Below are positions 31,279-42,414 of a stretch of DNA of 64,000 nucleotides, in pieces; position 1 is the stretch's first letter; each line of letters opens with the position of its first letter. A program made the position numbers and the translations under genes. The stretch comes from an uncultured cyanobacterium (GTDB taxonomy: Bacteria > Cyanobacteriota > Cyanobacteriia > Leptolyngbyales > Leptolyngbyaceae), in NCBI GenBank assembly GCA_963766075.1, contig CAVYAN010000096.1:1-64000 (forward strand), given 5' to 3'. The notes under the pieces are model-generated. The model worked only from the letters and a program-made list of their open reading frames with translations, made no database searches and had not been told where the DNA came from.

Positions 31279-33601
31279 ATGGTCAAGCGATCGCTGCGGG
31301 CATCCCCGACCGGCATTCAGCGGGCTAAGCGCGCCTTTGCTCTAAAAGGGTGGACTCAAGAAAACCTCGCAGGCGAGGTGAACTTAAAAACCCGTCAGCC
31401 AATCTGGCGATTTTTCACGGGAAAAGCCGTTGATCGTCAGATTTTCATGGAAATTTGTTCGATTCTCGATTTAGATTGGCGAGAGACGGCGCTGGATCCG
31501 CCCGCAGAATTTCCTGAACCGGGCCAGACCCTGGCAACACCGCCCCTGGACGATATTGATGACCCTGGTGCAACAGGTGCGATCGCACCACCGGGACACC
31601 ATTCAAAACCAATGCGGCATCCTACAGCTCTTAGACATTAGTCATCCCGTCAGCATTGATGACATCTATGTCGATGTCAATATTTTGGAAGAAATTTCCA
31701 GCCAACAGCAGTTAGAAATTGCTGACCTGCAAACCCTAGAACCGACTGAATTTGCGAGCGCTGGATTGGGAGCCGTTGAGCAAAAACAGCTACCGGGAAT
31801 GCAAGCCGTTGAAACCTACTCAAAGCTAAGAGTATTAGGCAGACCAGGAGTGGGTAAAACGACCTTTTTGCAGCATCTGGCGATTCAGTGTAATCGCGAT
31901 CAGTTTGCCGCCCATCAAGTGCCAATTTTTATCATCTTGAGGGAGTTTGCGGAAGAGTCACGGCGCATGGGCGAGTTTAGCCTGTTCAAAACGATCCAGC
32001 AGGTGTTGCTCACCTCTGGAATTGCCGCCCCGTCGGTGCTAGAAACCTTACTGAAAGCCGGTCGAATTCTGCTGCTGTTGGATGGCATGGATGAAGTGCT
32101 CCATCAGGATACCCCCGCCGTTCTCAAAGAAATTCGCAAATTCTCAGACAAGTATCATCACAATCGCTTTGTGGCATCCTGTCGCACCGCCGCCCACAAG
32201 CTGCGGCTGCGAGGCTTTACCGATGTAGAAATTGCTCCCTTTACCCAGGCCCAAATCACCACCTTCACCCAAAAGTGGTTCATGGCATTTAGCAAAGCCC
32301 CGCATAAATTGGGACAGCATCAGTCTGCCCAATTTATGCAGAAATTGGACCTGCCGGAAAACTGGCAGTTTCGTCAACTGGTGGTGACCCCGCTGTTTCT
32401 GCATCTCGCCTGCTGGGTGTTTCAGGGACACGAGAAATTTCCCACCAAGCGCAGTGAGTTTTATAAACAAGGACTGGATTTGCTCCTGGGACAATGGGAT
32501 GAAGCGAAAGGGGTGGAGCGGGATGAAGTTTACCGTGGGTTTTTGTTGCCCCAAAAGCTCCGGTTGCTCAGCCAGTTGGCCGCGGTGACCTTTGAACAGG
32601 GGCAGTATTTTTTTGAGCAACGCACAATCGAGCACTATATTAGTGACTATCTACAGAATTTGCCCGGTGCGCCCCTCGAACCCGAAGAATTGCAACTTGA
32701 AAGCGAGGCCATGCTGAATGCGATCGAGGCCCAGCATGGCCTCTTGGTCGAACGAGCCCGCGGCATTTTCTCGTTTTCCTATCTGGCATTTCAAGAATAT
32801 TTCACAGCTCGAAAAATTGTGGCCAGCCACAATCTCCAGGCATTAGAGCAAACCCTGGGCGGATTAGTCAGCCATATCACGGATCCACACTGGCACGAAG
32901 TGTTCTTGTTGACAGCGGCTATGCTACGCAGTGCCGATTCGCTGGTGCAGTTGATGAAGCAACAGATTGATGCATTAGTGGCACAAGATCCCTATTTGCA
33001 AGAGTTTTTGATGTGGGCCAGCCAAAAAACTCAGCAGATTCCAGAAGATACCAAAATGGCGACCAAGCGCGCGTTTTACCTTGCCCTTGCCAAAAACCCA
33101 AACTCGGCAGGGCACTTTGCCTTAGCCAGTACGCTGGATCAGGGCATGTTCTTAGACGCCGCCCTAGAAAACTTGCTGCTAGAGTTTTCCACCGACCACA
33201 GTCAGGATTCTGCCTATGTCAATGCCTGTAGCTCGGCCCTCAACAATATCTTGGTCATGGTTCTGGACATTGGATTGTACAAGTCCTTGGAACAATTAAA
33301 AGACCAATTGCCCGCGCCCAATGAAAATCAGGATCGGCTGCAAAACTGGTGGCAGCAGAACTATTCTAACTGGGTAAAAAAATTGCGCGTCGAGATCGCC
33401 CGTTACCGCAATATCCATCATTCCTGGGAATTCACGACTGAGCAACAGCAGGTGCTTCAACGCTACTATGATGCAAATCAACTTCTAATCGATTGCTTGA
33501 ACAGTAATTGTGAAGTGACGGCGGCCATCCGACAAGACATTGAGGATACCTTACTCCTTCCTCAAAAGGAGCTGGAAGATCGGGAATGGGAAGGAGAGTG
33601 A
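31279..33601 (+). CDS. HTH-NACHT (STAND) NTPase with cyanobacterial C-terminal helical domain; one frameshift at ~31561
   Basis: XRE-like HTH (KGWTQENLAGEVNLKTRQPIWRFFTGK); Walker A GRPGVGKTT; Walker B LLLLDGMDE; FSYLAFQEYFTA; YYDANQLLIDCLNS C-terminus. Deleting G31561 fuses 31279-31641 to 31556-33601. Confidence 0.88.
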
Positions 33602-33669
33602 AGGAGAACCGACGCGCCAAGTCAATTTCTATAACATTTCAAATACATTTGTTTCATTTGTTTGAAATT

Positions 33670-33722
33670 TGTATCTTAATCAATCAATTCACTCAGCCAA
33701 TCAAACAGTCCATTCTTACTAT
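33670..33722 (+). promoter_or_regulatory. Island motif copy 1 with -10-like TACTAT at +47
   Basis: TGTATCTTAATCAATCAATTCACTCAGCCAATCAAACA; TACTAT at 33717. Confidence 0.65.
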
Positions 33723-33758
33723 GTAGAGATGAAAATTTCTAAAGTCAGGTTTTGGGAA

Positions 33759-33962
33759 ATGAATGATCCACTGACTAATTCAGCCACGTTGCTCAAACAC
33801 TTATCGCCCCGGCAAAGCTGGCAATCCAATTCTGTCAATGATCGCATACGGAGTAACAGCCAGCTATGCCTCTGCTGCGGCAATATTTTACTCCGCCATG
33901 TTCGTTCGGGCGGTCTTTACTGGCATTGCAGCCACTGCCGTGATGATATGCCCGTTATATAA
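33759..33962 (+). CDS. Small zinc-ribbon protein
   Basis: CLCCGNILLRHVRSGGLYWHCSHCR; start could be 33729. Confidence 0.65.
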   Translation: MNDPLTNSATLLKHLSPRQSWQSNSVNDRIRSNSQLCLCCGNILLRHVRSGGLYWHCSHCRDDMPVI

Positions 33963-34058
33963 GTTCCAGTTTGCATTTTCTCGATTAGCAACAGTTTTGT
34001 AACAGGTTTTTACGGGCGATCGCTTTAAATCAAAGATAATACATTACAGGTATCCCTG

Positions 34059-34271
34059 ATGAACTCACTTTCACCTGATCAAAAACCACTATCTTGGTGG
34101 GTAGAAGTTTACACGTCTAACGGCCCACAGCCCCATAACCTTGGCCCATTCACCTATAACCTTGGCCCATTCAATAGTCGAGAAAAGGCAAAGATTTCTA
34201 GAGGGGCCCATGTGGAAGCGTTGTGCCATCAGAACGTAAGAGACATTGTTGCCTTGATCAAGGCGTATTAA
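34059..34271 (+). CDS. DUF1816-like small cyanobacterial protein
   Basis: WWVEVYT..P..YNLGPFNSREKA pattern; contains an internal 21-bp duplication. Confidence 0.65.
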   Translation: MNSLSPDQKPLSWWVEVYTSNGPQPHNLGPFTYNLGPFNSREKAKISRGAHVEALCHQNVRDIVALIKAY

Positions 34272-34327
34272 TCGCACCTCGTCCTGCGATCAATCCAGGG
34301 CACTGAACCATCGGGAACGGCAAGGAG

Positions 34328-35095
34328 ATGCAATTGATCGCTCACTCATTTAGGTTTTACAGCCTCGCTTTTTTTGGCATCATTCTGCTGCGGTACTTTC
34401 TAGTGGCCGGGGGCACCTATTGGGTTTTCTACGCGCTCCGTAATCCATCGAGAATCGCGTACAATCCACAGCATCCACTGCCCTCTTGGCGATCGATCCA
34501 GCACGATATTCAGCTTTCGGTACTCTCGGCGGGCGTCTTTGCGCTGGCGGCAGCATTCATTCTGTCAGCCTATCATCTGGGCAAGACCAGCTTATACAGC
34601 CATTCCCAACCCTATGGACTAGGGTACCTCGGCGTGAGCTACGGCACGGTGCTGGTGCTCCAGGATACCTATTTCTATTTTACCCATCGCTTATTCCACC
34701 ATCCCGCCCTCTTTCGCTGGCTACACCAGGGGCATCATCGATCGCGTTACCCCACCCCGTGGACGTCGTTTGCCTTTGATCCCCTAGAGGCGATCGTGCA
34801 GTCCCTCTTTTTGATCGGCATCGTCTTTGTTATCCCCCTGCATTTCATCACGCTAATTGCGGTGCTCACCACGATGACCGTGTGGGCGGTGCTCAATCAT
34901 CTCGGGATTGATCGGTTGCCCGCCTCATTTCCGCACCATTGGCTAGGACGGTGGTGCATTGGTCCAGCCCATCATTCCATTCATCATCGCAACTACACCG
35001 TGCATTATGGGCTGTATTTCACCTTTTGGGATAAACTGCTGGGCACTCAAGACCCCGATTATGAGAAAAATGTGAGTAAACAGCTCATTAGATAA
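34328..35095 (+). CDS. Sterol desaturase / fatty acid hydroxylase family protein
   Basis: His boxes HRLFHH, HQGHH, NH, HHSIHH; YGLYFTFWDKLLGT. Confidence 0.9.
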   Translation: MQLIAHSFRFYSLAFFGIILLRYFLVAGGTYWVFYALRNPSRIAYNPQHPLPSWRSIQHDIQLSVLSAGVFALAAAFILSAYHLGKTSLYSHSQPYGLGYLGVSYGTVLVLQDTYFYFTHRLFHHPALFRWLHQGHHRSRYPTPWTSFAFDPLEAIVQSLFLIGIVFVIPLHFITLIAVLTTMTVWAVLNHLGIDRLPASFPHHWLGRWCIGPAHHSIHHRNYTVHYGLYFTFWDKLLGTQDPDYEKNVSKQLIR

Positions 35096-35170
35096 ATCAG
35101 AATCGAAGCATTTTTGAGGCCACTCTAGACTCAGTCTGAAGATAGGGAAACAGGCTTTCTCCTTACGTTT

Positions 35171-35223
35171 TGTATCGTAATTAAACAACTCATTCAATAA
35201 ATAAAACTCCCTCTGATTAGGCT
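35171..35223 (+). promoter_or_regulatory. Island motif copy 2 with -10-like TAGGCT at +47
   Basis: TGTATCGTAATTAAACAACTCATTCAATAAATAAAACT; TAGGCT at 35218. Confidence 0.6.
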
Positions 35224-35307
35224 ACTACTAGCAGCAGAGTTGTTAACCCCACGTTCTTACCGACGACACAGATGAGCAACTCTCACATTCAACCTGGAGA
35301 GAAGATT

Positions 35308-35490
35308 ATGAGTTTGCAAGATAGAGCTAAGGCAACCGCCAAAAATATCGAAGGTAAAGTTCAAGAGGCCGTCGGCGATCTAACGGGTGATCCTAAAGAT
35401 CAAGCCGAAGGCAAGGCCAAGCAAGCCGAGGCAAAAGTTCGGCACACTGTCGAAGACGTGAAAGATGAAGTCAAGAAAGCGATTGACTAG
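35308..35490 (+). CDS. CsbD-family general stress protein
   Basis: MSLQDRAKATAKNIEGKVQEAVGDLTGDPKDQAEGKAKQ; GGAG Shine-Dalgarno upstream. Confidence 0.9.
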   Translation: MSLQDRAKATAKNIEGKVQEAVGDLTGDPKDQAEGKAKQAEAKVRHTVEDVKDEVKKAID

Positions 35491-35623
35491 TGCAGCAAGG
35501 CTGAATTGAAAATTAAAAATGTAAAGTTAAAAATGCTGAACCTGCATGGCTTTTGCAGCTTTTTAACTGGACAGTTATTTCGATCTTAGGGCACTAGTTG
35601 AATCATTCATTGGAAGAGGAAAT

Positions 35624-35779
35624 ATGTTAAATCTCATTTGGACTGCCGTTGTCGTACTTGTTATCCTCTGGTTATTGGGATTCTCAATTCACGTTGGCGG
35701 CAGCTTAATTCACATACTGTTAGTTTTGGCCCTAATTGGAATTGTCTACAATTTACTGATAGGGCGACGTATTGTCTAA
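35624..35779 (+). CDS. lmo0937-family (DUF5670) small membrane protein, 51 aa, absent from the ORF track
   Basis: Translated by hand: MLNLIWTAVVVLVILWLLGFSIHVGGSLIHILLVLALIGIVYNLLIGRRIV; GAGG RBS upstream. Confidence 0.85.
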   Translation: MLNLIWTAVVVLVILWLLGFSIHVGGSLIHILLVLALIGIVYNLLIGRRIV

Positions 35780-35932
35780 TCCCGATCGTGGCTGGGCTGG
35801 TGGGGCTGGGCTGGGCAAAAAACTCTCTGGCTGGGCAACCACTGGCCGAGGCCGTCAATACAGCAAAGCGTGAGTTCATTTAAACCAAATAAATCAAAAC
35901 AAATCAAAAAAATACCTCCCTAAGGTCTCAGC

Positions 35933-36349
35933 ATGAATCACAATCGGCATGATGAAACGAATGTTGAGCGGCGAAAAGACCTGCGTCAGGATGAAGAGGC
36001 TTTCCGGTTGCATCAAGAAGAGCAGCGTTTGGGAACGGCGAGGCGCAGCACTGCTTTTATGTGGATCGTGAATAGTATTTACGGCTTGACGGGGATGCTG
36101 GAAGTACTGCTTGTCCTGAGATTTGTTCTGCGGTTGTTTGGGGCTAACCGTCAGAATGAGTTTGCGCAGATGATCAACACTCTATCTGCACCGTTTATTG
36201 CACCCTTTTCTACCCTATTCATTAGTCCAACATCAGCGGCTGGGGCAAACATATTTGATGTCAATATTTTAATTGCGATCGCCGCCTATGCGCTCTTGAG
36301 TTATCTTATTGTTTCGTTAATCAGATTCATCTTTTATCACCGCAATTAA
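35933..36349 (+). CDS. YggT-like membrane protein
   Basis: LEVLLVLRFVLRLFGAN...INTLSAPFIAPF...IAIAAYALL. Confidence 0.75.
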   Translation: MNHNRHDETNVERRKDLRQDEEAFRLHQEEQRLGTARRSTAFMWIVNSIYGLTGMLEVLLVLRFVLRLFGANRQNEFAQMINTLSAPFIAPFSTLFISPTSAAGANIFDVNILIAIAAYALLSYLIVSLIRFIFYHRN

Positions 36350-36447
36350 CGCCTTAATTACAATTATTAGCCTCAGCTTACTCGCGATCGCTAAGCGGCT
36401 AGAAACGCCGGAAAAGCGCGCGCTGCATTTTGATTGGGGGTGAGGAA

Positions 36448-37035
36448 ATGATTTATCTGCCTGTGATGGTGACCCTCTTTTTGGTGGGCCCCGCGATCGC
36501 AGGGATCGCGATTCTGCGATCCCTTTCCATACGTTGGCATTTGGCGTTGTTGAGCCTTTGCATTTTCTACGGCATTTTTCCACTCCTTCTCACTTGGGGC
36601 GGACTGCGTTTAGCTGACCACTTTGGTTGTCACGCAGAAGCGGCGCGCTTTCAATGTCCTGCCCCGCTCTGGCATGAAAGCCTGGTGACAGGGATGACCT
36701 TTGCCCACTGGCTAGCGATCTTTACCCTGCCATCGGCAGTTTTGGGTGCGATCGGACTGCTAATGTCTTTGCTGCTCACGGTCAGGCGTCGGCGAAACCC
36801 TTCCTCTGGCACATCCCGAACCGGAAATATTTTCGCTGTACCCCCGGTCGCTTTTTATCGCAGTCGTCGCCACAAAGTCATTGCAGGCATCTGCGCAGCC
36901 GTCGCCCAACGCTGGCACCTGCCCCTTCAGGGTGTCCGGATTGTCACGGTCGTATTGGCGATCGTCCTACCGGGATTTATTTTCCTCTACGTTTGGCTAT
37001 GGCTGGCCTTTCCCACAGAGTCGGCATTGGCATAG
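36448..37035 (+). CDS. Membrane protein with C-terminal PspC domain
   Basis: FYRSRRHKVIAGICAAVA...VRI...LYVWLWLAFP; GAGG RBS before ATG36448. Confidence 0.75.
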   Translation: MIYLPVMVTLFLVGPAIAGIAILRSLSIRWHLALLSLCIFYGIFPLLLTWGGLRLADHFGCHAEAARFQCPAPLWHESLVTGMTFAHWLAIFTLPSAVLGAIGLLMSLLLTVRRRRNPSSGTSRTGNIFAVPPVAFYRSRRHKVIAGICAAVAQRWHLPLQGVRIVTVVLAIVLPGFIFLYVWLWLAFPTESALA

Positions 37036-37080
37036 CCTCTTCTTTGAAGTATCGAACCCCATGGGCGATCGGCCATTGAA

Positions 37081-37278
37081 ATGAAAGAACTAACCGCTCA
37101 GGGACAGTTGGTCTGTCCTCATTGCCAAACGGCTTTCCTAGTAACGTGGCGACGATACTGGTCAGCCCCATGGGGAAATTATCGATGCCCTCATTGCAGC
37201 CGAGCATCCGATGCCAATATCGGCTCTCCCCAGGTTCAAAAATCGGGGCGGGGCTTAGGGACAGTCAAGCAGCGGTAG
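37081..37278 (+). CDS. Small CxxC-CxxC zinc-finger protein, possibly truncated
   Basis: CPHC...CPHC. Confidence 0.45.
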   Translation: MKELTAQGQLVCPHCQTAFLVTWRRYWSAPWGNYRCPHCSRASDANIGSPQVQKSGRGLGTVKQR

Positions 37279-37370
37279 CTACCAAACCCTTACGGCTAAA
37301 CCCTTACAGCTAAAGCACGTGAACTAGAATTGAATAAGAAAATCATGACGAAACCGATGCAAGGAGGCTC

Positions 37371-38514
37371 ATGATGAACAGAGGACAATTCATCAGCATT
37401 GCAGGGGGAACAATAATTGGAGTTGGAACAACCTCCTATTTATTAAGCGATCGCAGCAATTTTTCTAGGGTAGATATCCAGCGCACCCTTGATTCAACAG
37501 GGCCAACGCAACGCGATCGCGCGATACCGCTTAAGCCCGATGAAAAAGAAATTTTGTTTCTCGATTCCCTAGCGCCGAGCGGTCACAACACGCAGCCCTG
37601 GTTTGTCCAGTATCTCGAACCCTATCACTGGATCATCGGCAACGATCGCACCAAATGGTTACCCGCCGTTGACCCAACCCAGAGAGAAACGATTTTATCA
37701 ATCGGCGCTTTTATCCAAAATCTAGAATATGCGGCGGCGGCCTTTGGCTATGACTGTGATTGGACTTTACTCGCAACAACCAATCAAGACAAACGCGTGA
37801 TGGGCTTAACCCTGAAAAAAGCAGTATCAAGAAATAATTTTGATACTGAAAAGATTAAAAACCGTCGTACTGTTCGTTCCAATTTTTTAAGTGATGAGCT
37901 TAAACCAGAAGATGTGAAGTATCTCGTCAATTCTGAGTCGGAATGGATTCAGTATTTGCCGATCACCAGCAACGTCAGTCAATTGATTAACGCGCAAACT
38001 ATTGAAGCTAACCGCCTGCAAGCCTATCGCGATCCGGCGCAGCAAGAATTGGCCAACTGGATCAGATTTTCTAGTCGAGATGCCGAGAACTATCGTGATG
38101 GTTTGACAACAGCCAGTATGGAAATAGACGGTTTTGCGGGCTGGATAGTGCGGAACTTCTATAACAAAGCCAGTGTAATGAAAAGGGACTTCCGCGAAGC
38201 GGGGCTAAATAAAGTTAAACAGCAAGCTATCGGAATCGGCAGGCTGGATTTTAATGACTAGCCAGGACAATTCAGTGGCGACATTGCTGGAAACAGGCAA
38301 ACGAATGCAACGGCTTTTCTTAAAAGTGCGAGAAAAGAATATAGCGATTCATCCAATGACCCAGATATTGGAAGAACCCTCAACACTGCAGAATCTAAAT
38401 CAATCCACTGGAATTAGCGCCAATATTCAATTTATCTTGCGAACAGGGTATGTGAAACAGTATCCACCCCCCGTTTCCCTGCGCCGACCCGTGAATTGGT
38501 TGATCCGGAAATAA
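37371..38514 (+). CDS. Acg-like nitroreductase-family FMN-binding protein; frameshift at ~38226
   Basis: APSGHNTQPW; IKNRRTVRS; C-terminal GKRMQRLFL...QFILRTGY...SLRRPV lies in the next frame. Deleting G38226 fuses the halves. Confidence 0.75.
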
Positions 38515-38621
38515 TGGGAACGGGCTAGGTGATATTGCATTCAGATCTTGCTCACAGCTTCCTCATCTTTTTTCAATATCGTGAAAGAGTAGCAACATTT
38601 TTATATGCAAGGATATAATTT

Positions 38622-39494
38622 ATGAAATGGCAGAAATCAATTCTGGCTTTGATAGCCACGATTTGCTTCATATTTGCGGGTAATGCTCTAGCGCAAACCG
38701 ATATTAATCTCAACAATACCAACCTCATTCGCTTTGGTGGCAGCATCACTGTACCAGAAAATCAAACGGTCGAAAATGCCATTGCGTTTGGTGGGAGTGT
38801 GACGGTCTCCCCGAATGCCAAAGTAGTGGATACCGCGATCGCCTTTGGCGGCAGTGTGCTCCTGAAAAGCGGCGCACAGGTAGAGGGCGATGCTTATTCT
38901 TTTGGTGGCCAAGTTGTACAGGAACCGGATGCCGTCATTCGGGGCGAGAAAGCCACATTTAGCGATCGCCATGGCATGATGTATGGCTCAGGGAGAAGCG
39001 GGAGCAGTTTTTTTACCCGCTATTTCTTCAATGCAATTTTTAGAGTTTATGCCGCCATAGTAGCCGCCATTCTGGGATTGATTCTCTTGCGGACCCGCCC
39101 AGAATTCTTGCCACATTTAGCGTCAACATTACGGCACCATTCTGGATTGACTGCGCTCTGGGGCATCGGGGCCATCTTCGCTTTCATCTTTGCCACTGTC
39201 TTTCTAGCGATTACCCTCATCGGTATTCCTCTGATTCCTCTCCTCAGTCTAACGACAGTGATCACAGCTTTAGTTGGATCATTAGGCATAGTGCTTTTTG
39301 TCGGCCAATGTCTAATCCGCAATGACCATTGGTCGCTACCACAACAGTTTTTGGTGGGCTTAGCAATCCTGACCGCTCTGTCACTGATTCCAGTGCTGGG
39401 GGGGTTAGTCGTTTTCTTAGTTAATGTGTTCGGTTTGGGTGCCATCTTGCTGTGGCAGTTTGGCAAAGACACCTCTGAAATAGCGACTGAGTGA
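38622..39494 (+). CDS. Signal peptide, short beta-helix repeats (AIAFGGSV) and multi-TM domain (bactofilin-like membrane protein)
   Basis: Four FGG(S/Q) repeats; LAITLIGIPL and LIPVLGG TM motifs. Confidence 0.7.
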   Translation: MKWQKSILALIATICFIFAGNALAQTDINLNNTNLIRFGGSITVPENQTVENAIAFGGSVTVSPNAKVVDTAIAFGGSVLLKSGAQVEGDAYSFGGQVVQEPDAVIRGEKATFSDRHGMMYGSGRSGSSFFTRYFFNAIFRVYAAIVAAILGLILLRTRPEFLPHLASTLRHHSGLTALWGIGAIFAFIFATVFLAITLIGIPLIPLLSLTTVITALVGSLGIVLFVGQCLIRNDHWSLPQQFLVGLAILTALSLIPVLGGLVVFLVNVFGLGAILLWQFGKDTSEIATE

Positions 39495-39504
39495 GTAGAC
39501 AAGT

Positions 39505-40359
39505 ATGATGTGGATTCAATGGATGGCAATGATTGGGGTTTTAGTCATTGCTGCTACGGGAGCTACTGCTATTTACGGTCGATATCGGTGGCAGAGCAGA
39601 CGGATAAATTACGCACTAAATTAACAGATGGACGGCAGACCATTCAGCCCACAGTCTATAATCCCAAAGAAATCGAAGGCTTGCCTGCCCCCGTCCAGCG
39701 ATTCTTTCAGACAGTGCTCCAGGAGGGGCAAGCGATCGTAGCTGCGGTCAACCTCTCTCAGCAGGGACAGTTCAATATGAATGAACTGAGGACCAGTGGC
39801 GTCAGTTTACCGCCACACAGCGTGTGATCACGCAGCGCTTTGGTTTTGATTGGGATGCCCGGATTCAGATGGCTCCGGGCTGAAGGCCTTTGTCCATGAT
39901 ACCTATCTGTTAGGAGAAGGCAACTTACAGGCTTCATTACTGGGTTTTTTCACCGTTGCAGAAATGCAGCGGTACGCCTGAATAAAACCAAGGTGAATTA
40001 TTGCGGTTTTTTGCTGAGGATGCGTGGTATCCCACGGCTCTGTTACCCAGCCAGGGTGTGCGCTGGGAGGCGATTGATGACAGATCCGCTCGCGCTACTC
40101 TGACAGATGGTGCAACAACTGTTTCCCTGTATTTCGGTTTAATGACGAAGGGACGATCGCGACTTTCGGGCGGCGACCCGTTATCGATGGATGACATAAA
40201 CTGACTGCGATGCCTTGGGGCGGTCGATTCTGGGAATATGCAGTTCGCAATGGGATGCTGATTCCTTTAGAAGGCGAAGTGGGATGGGAGCATCCAGAAG
40301 GCATTCGACTCTATTTCAAAGGACAGATCACAGAGATTAGCTATGAGTTCGCGCTATAA
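39505..40359 (+). pseudogene. DUF6544-like protein broken by several frameshifts and an in-frame TAA
   Basis: Segments in different frames: LPAPVQRFF, FTATQ..FDWDARI, GELLRFFAE.AWYPTALLP..GVRWEAIDD, PWGGRFWEY...EGEVGW...YFKGQITEISY. Confidence 0.75.
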
Positions 40360-40391
40360 GTCGTGTGGCCCGTTCCAGTTCGGTTGCATTT

Positions 40392-40444
40392 TGTATCTTG
40401 ATCAATCAATTCATCCAGGATATCAAACATGCACCTGTCATCGT
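40392..40444 (+). promoter_or_regulatory. Island motif copy 3 with CATCGT at +47
   Basis: TGTATCTTGATCAATCAATTCATCCAGGATATCAAACA. Confidence 0.65.
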
Positions 40445-40507
40445 AACGATCACAGCCCCGATTTGCAAATTAAATCTGTCCAGAAAATTTAGCCCCCCTG
40501 GAATCTT

Positions 40508-40798
40508 ATGACTTCTATACAAAAAGAAAAGGTTTTTGATTCAGAAATCATGGATGCGATCGCTCAACTTCCAGAGTGGAAAGTTGTCGATAATAAGTTG
40601 AATAGAGCATTCAAGTTCAATGATTTTGTCGATGCATTCGCTTTTATGACCAAGGTTGCGATCGCATCTGAGAAAATGAATCATCACCCCGAAATATTTA
40701 ATGTCTACAATCGTGTGGTCATTGATCTAACGACTCATGAAGTTGGTGGGATCAGCGCTCTAGATATTGAACTAGCCAAAAAGATTAGCGCTTTGTAG
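40508..40798 (+). CDS. Pterin-4-alpha-carbinolamine dehydratase family protein
   Basis: [13 protein letters not shown]...NHHPEI...[12 protein letters not shown]. Confidence 0.9.
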   Translation: MTSIQKEKVFDSEIMDAIAQLPEWKVVDNKLNRAFKFNDFVDAFAFMTKVAIASEKMNHHPEIFNVYNRVVIDLTTHEVGGISALDIELAKKISAL

Positions 40799-40897
40799 GA
40801 GGTGAACCTTGAGCGCAGATCAAATCTCTAGCGCTAGGAATCGGAGTGTGCGTCGCGCCCACGCGGTTGACGGTTACGCTATACAGGAGGCAGCAAG

Positions 40898-41389
40898 ATG
40901 AAATTTCTGAGGGCTTGGCGGTTCCTAACCCTGATGCTAGTTTCGTTTAGCCTTAGTCTGTCAATGACGCATCTGTTAGAGCTACCGCAAAGAATGCAAT
41001 TCGACTCACAATTCTGGGTAAAAGTGACCGTTTTTGAAAATCTTTACCGGTTATTTGGAACCGTTGGAGCAGCGTTTGAAATCACAGCGATTTTAACGGC
41101 GATTGTACTAGTATTTTGGGTACGCAAACGGGGTCAAACCTTCTACTGGACTTTGAGTGGTGCCCTATTGCTGATCCTGGCCTTTGTGAGCTGGATCGTA
41201 TTTATTGCACCCATGAATGCTGAATTCTCTCAATGGCTAACCCATCCTGTCCCATTAGATTGGACGCGCTATCGTGATCAGTGGGAGTATGGCCATGCAG
41301 TCAATGCGTTTATCAAGATCATGGGGCTCAGCTCGCTCGTGATTTCTGTCTTGGTCGAAATGCCAAGCAAAGAGCGTCATTCATTCTAA
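40898..41389 (+). CDS. DUF1772-like four-TM protein
   Basis: HLLELP...APMNAE...DWTRYRDQWEYGH. Confidence 0.65.
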   Translation: MKFLRAWRFLTLMLVSFSLSLSMTHLLELPQRMQFDSQFWVKVTVFENLYRLFGTVGAAFEITAILTAIVLVFWVRKRGQTFYWTLSGALLLILAFVSWIVFIAPMNAEFSQWLTHPVPLDWTRYRDQWEYGHAVNAFIKIMGLSSLVISVLVEMPSKERHSF

Positions 41390-41445
41390 GCCGGTATGAA
41401 CTGAGTTGAGAAGGACGGTACTAAACCCTAGGGAATGAGGCCGGA

Positions 41446-42414
41446 ATGCCAACTGCAACCGATTTTAAGGACTATTACGCCGTCCTGGGCGTGAGCAAAA
41501 CTGCACCCCCTGAAGAAATCAAACGAACCTACCGCAAGCTGGCCCGCAAATATCATCCTGATCTCAATCCTGGAGATAAAGGCGCAGAGACAAAATTCAA
41601 AGACCTGAATGAAGCAAATGAGGTCTTGTCTGATCCGGAGAAGCGGCAGAAGTACGATCAGTTTGGTCAGCACTGGAATCAAGCGGAGCAGGGCGAATCC
41701 CCCCCATCGGGAAGGGGTCCTACGGTTTCTACTGACGATTTTGATCAGTATGCGGACTTTGATTCGTTTATTAACGACTTGCTGGGGGGCAGGAGAGGGC
41801 GATCGCCCCGCAACACCTACACCACTACACCCGGCGGCGCTGAGAATTTTGCCAGCGGGTTTCGATCGCAAGCACCGGCACCGGATACAGAGGCTGCGAT
41901 CGCCCTCACCTTCTCGGAAGCCTTTCACGGGGTTCAGAAGCGGTTGCAACTCGACGCTGAAACCATCAACGTCCGCATTCCTGCCGGGGCAAAACCGGGC
42001 AGTCGCATTCGGCTCAAGGGAAAAGGTCGTCCGAGTCCATTCACGCCCCAGCGGGGCGATTTGTATCTCACCATTCAGCTATTACCCCATCCCTTCTTTC
42101 GATTTGAGGGCAATGACCTGGGGTGCGACCTGCCCATTCGCCCCGATGAGGCGGTTTTAGGGGCCCAAATTCAGGTGCCAACGCCCGACGGCAACGTGAC
42201 GATGACCGTTCCTAAGGGTGTGAGATCGGGACAATCTCTTAGACTGCGCGGCAAGGGGTGGACTTTGCAAAAAGGGGGACGCGGTGACTTATTGGTCAAA
42301 TTGCAATTGACAACACCGCAGGATCTGAGTGCGATCGAGCAAGACTGCTACGAAAAAATCCAGGCCAATACAAGCTTTAATCCACGCGCCTCCTTAGAGG
42401 AGATTCAGCTATGA
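41446..42414 (+). CDS. Class B DnaJ protein (CbpA-like)
   Basis: DYYAVLGV...[10 protein letters not shown]-domain; no zinc finger; DnaJ C-terminal domain. Confidence 0.9.
   Translation: MPTATDFKDYYAVLGVSKTAPPEEIKRTYRKLARKYHPDLNPGDKGAETKFKDLNEANEVLSDPEKRQKYDQFGQHWNQAEQGESPPSGRGPTVSTDDFDQYADFDSFINDLLGGRRGRSPRNTYTTTPGGAENFASGFRSQAPAPDTEAAIALTFSEAFHGVQKRLQLDAETINVRIPAGAKPGSRIRLKGKGRPSPFTPQRGDLYLTIQLLPHPFFRFEGNDLGCDLPIRPDEAVLGAQIQVPTPDGNVTMTVPKGVRSGQSLRLRGKGWTLQKGGRGDLLVKLQLTTPQDLSAIEQDCYEKIQANTSFNPRASLEEIQL

Noticed and set aside
31279..31641. Separate small HTH gene or programmed frameshift
   Set aside because: No slippery sequence at 31561; a single-base deletion gives a typical fused HTH-NACHT; similar lesions recur elsewhere in the window.
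31279..33601. NACHT as a classical abortive-infection effector
   Set aside because: No TIR, SIR2, nuclease or TM effector domain and no neighbouring defence genes recognised. Not excluded, but less supported than a regulatory role.
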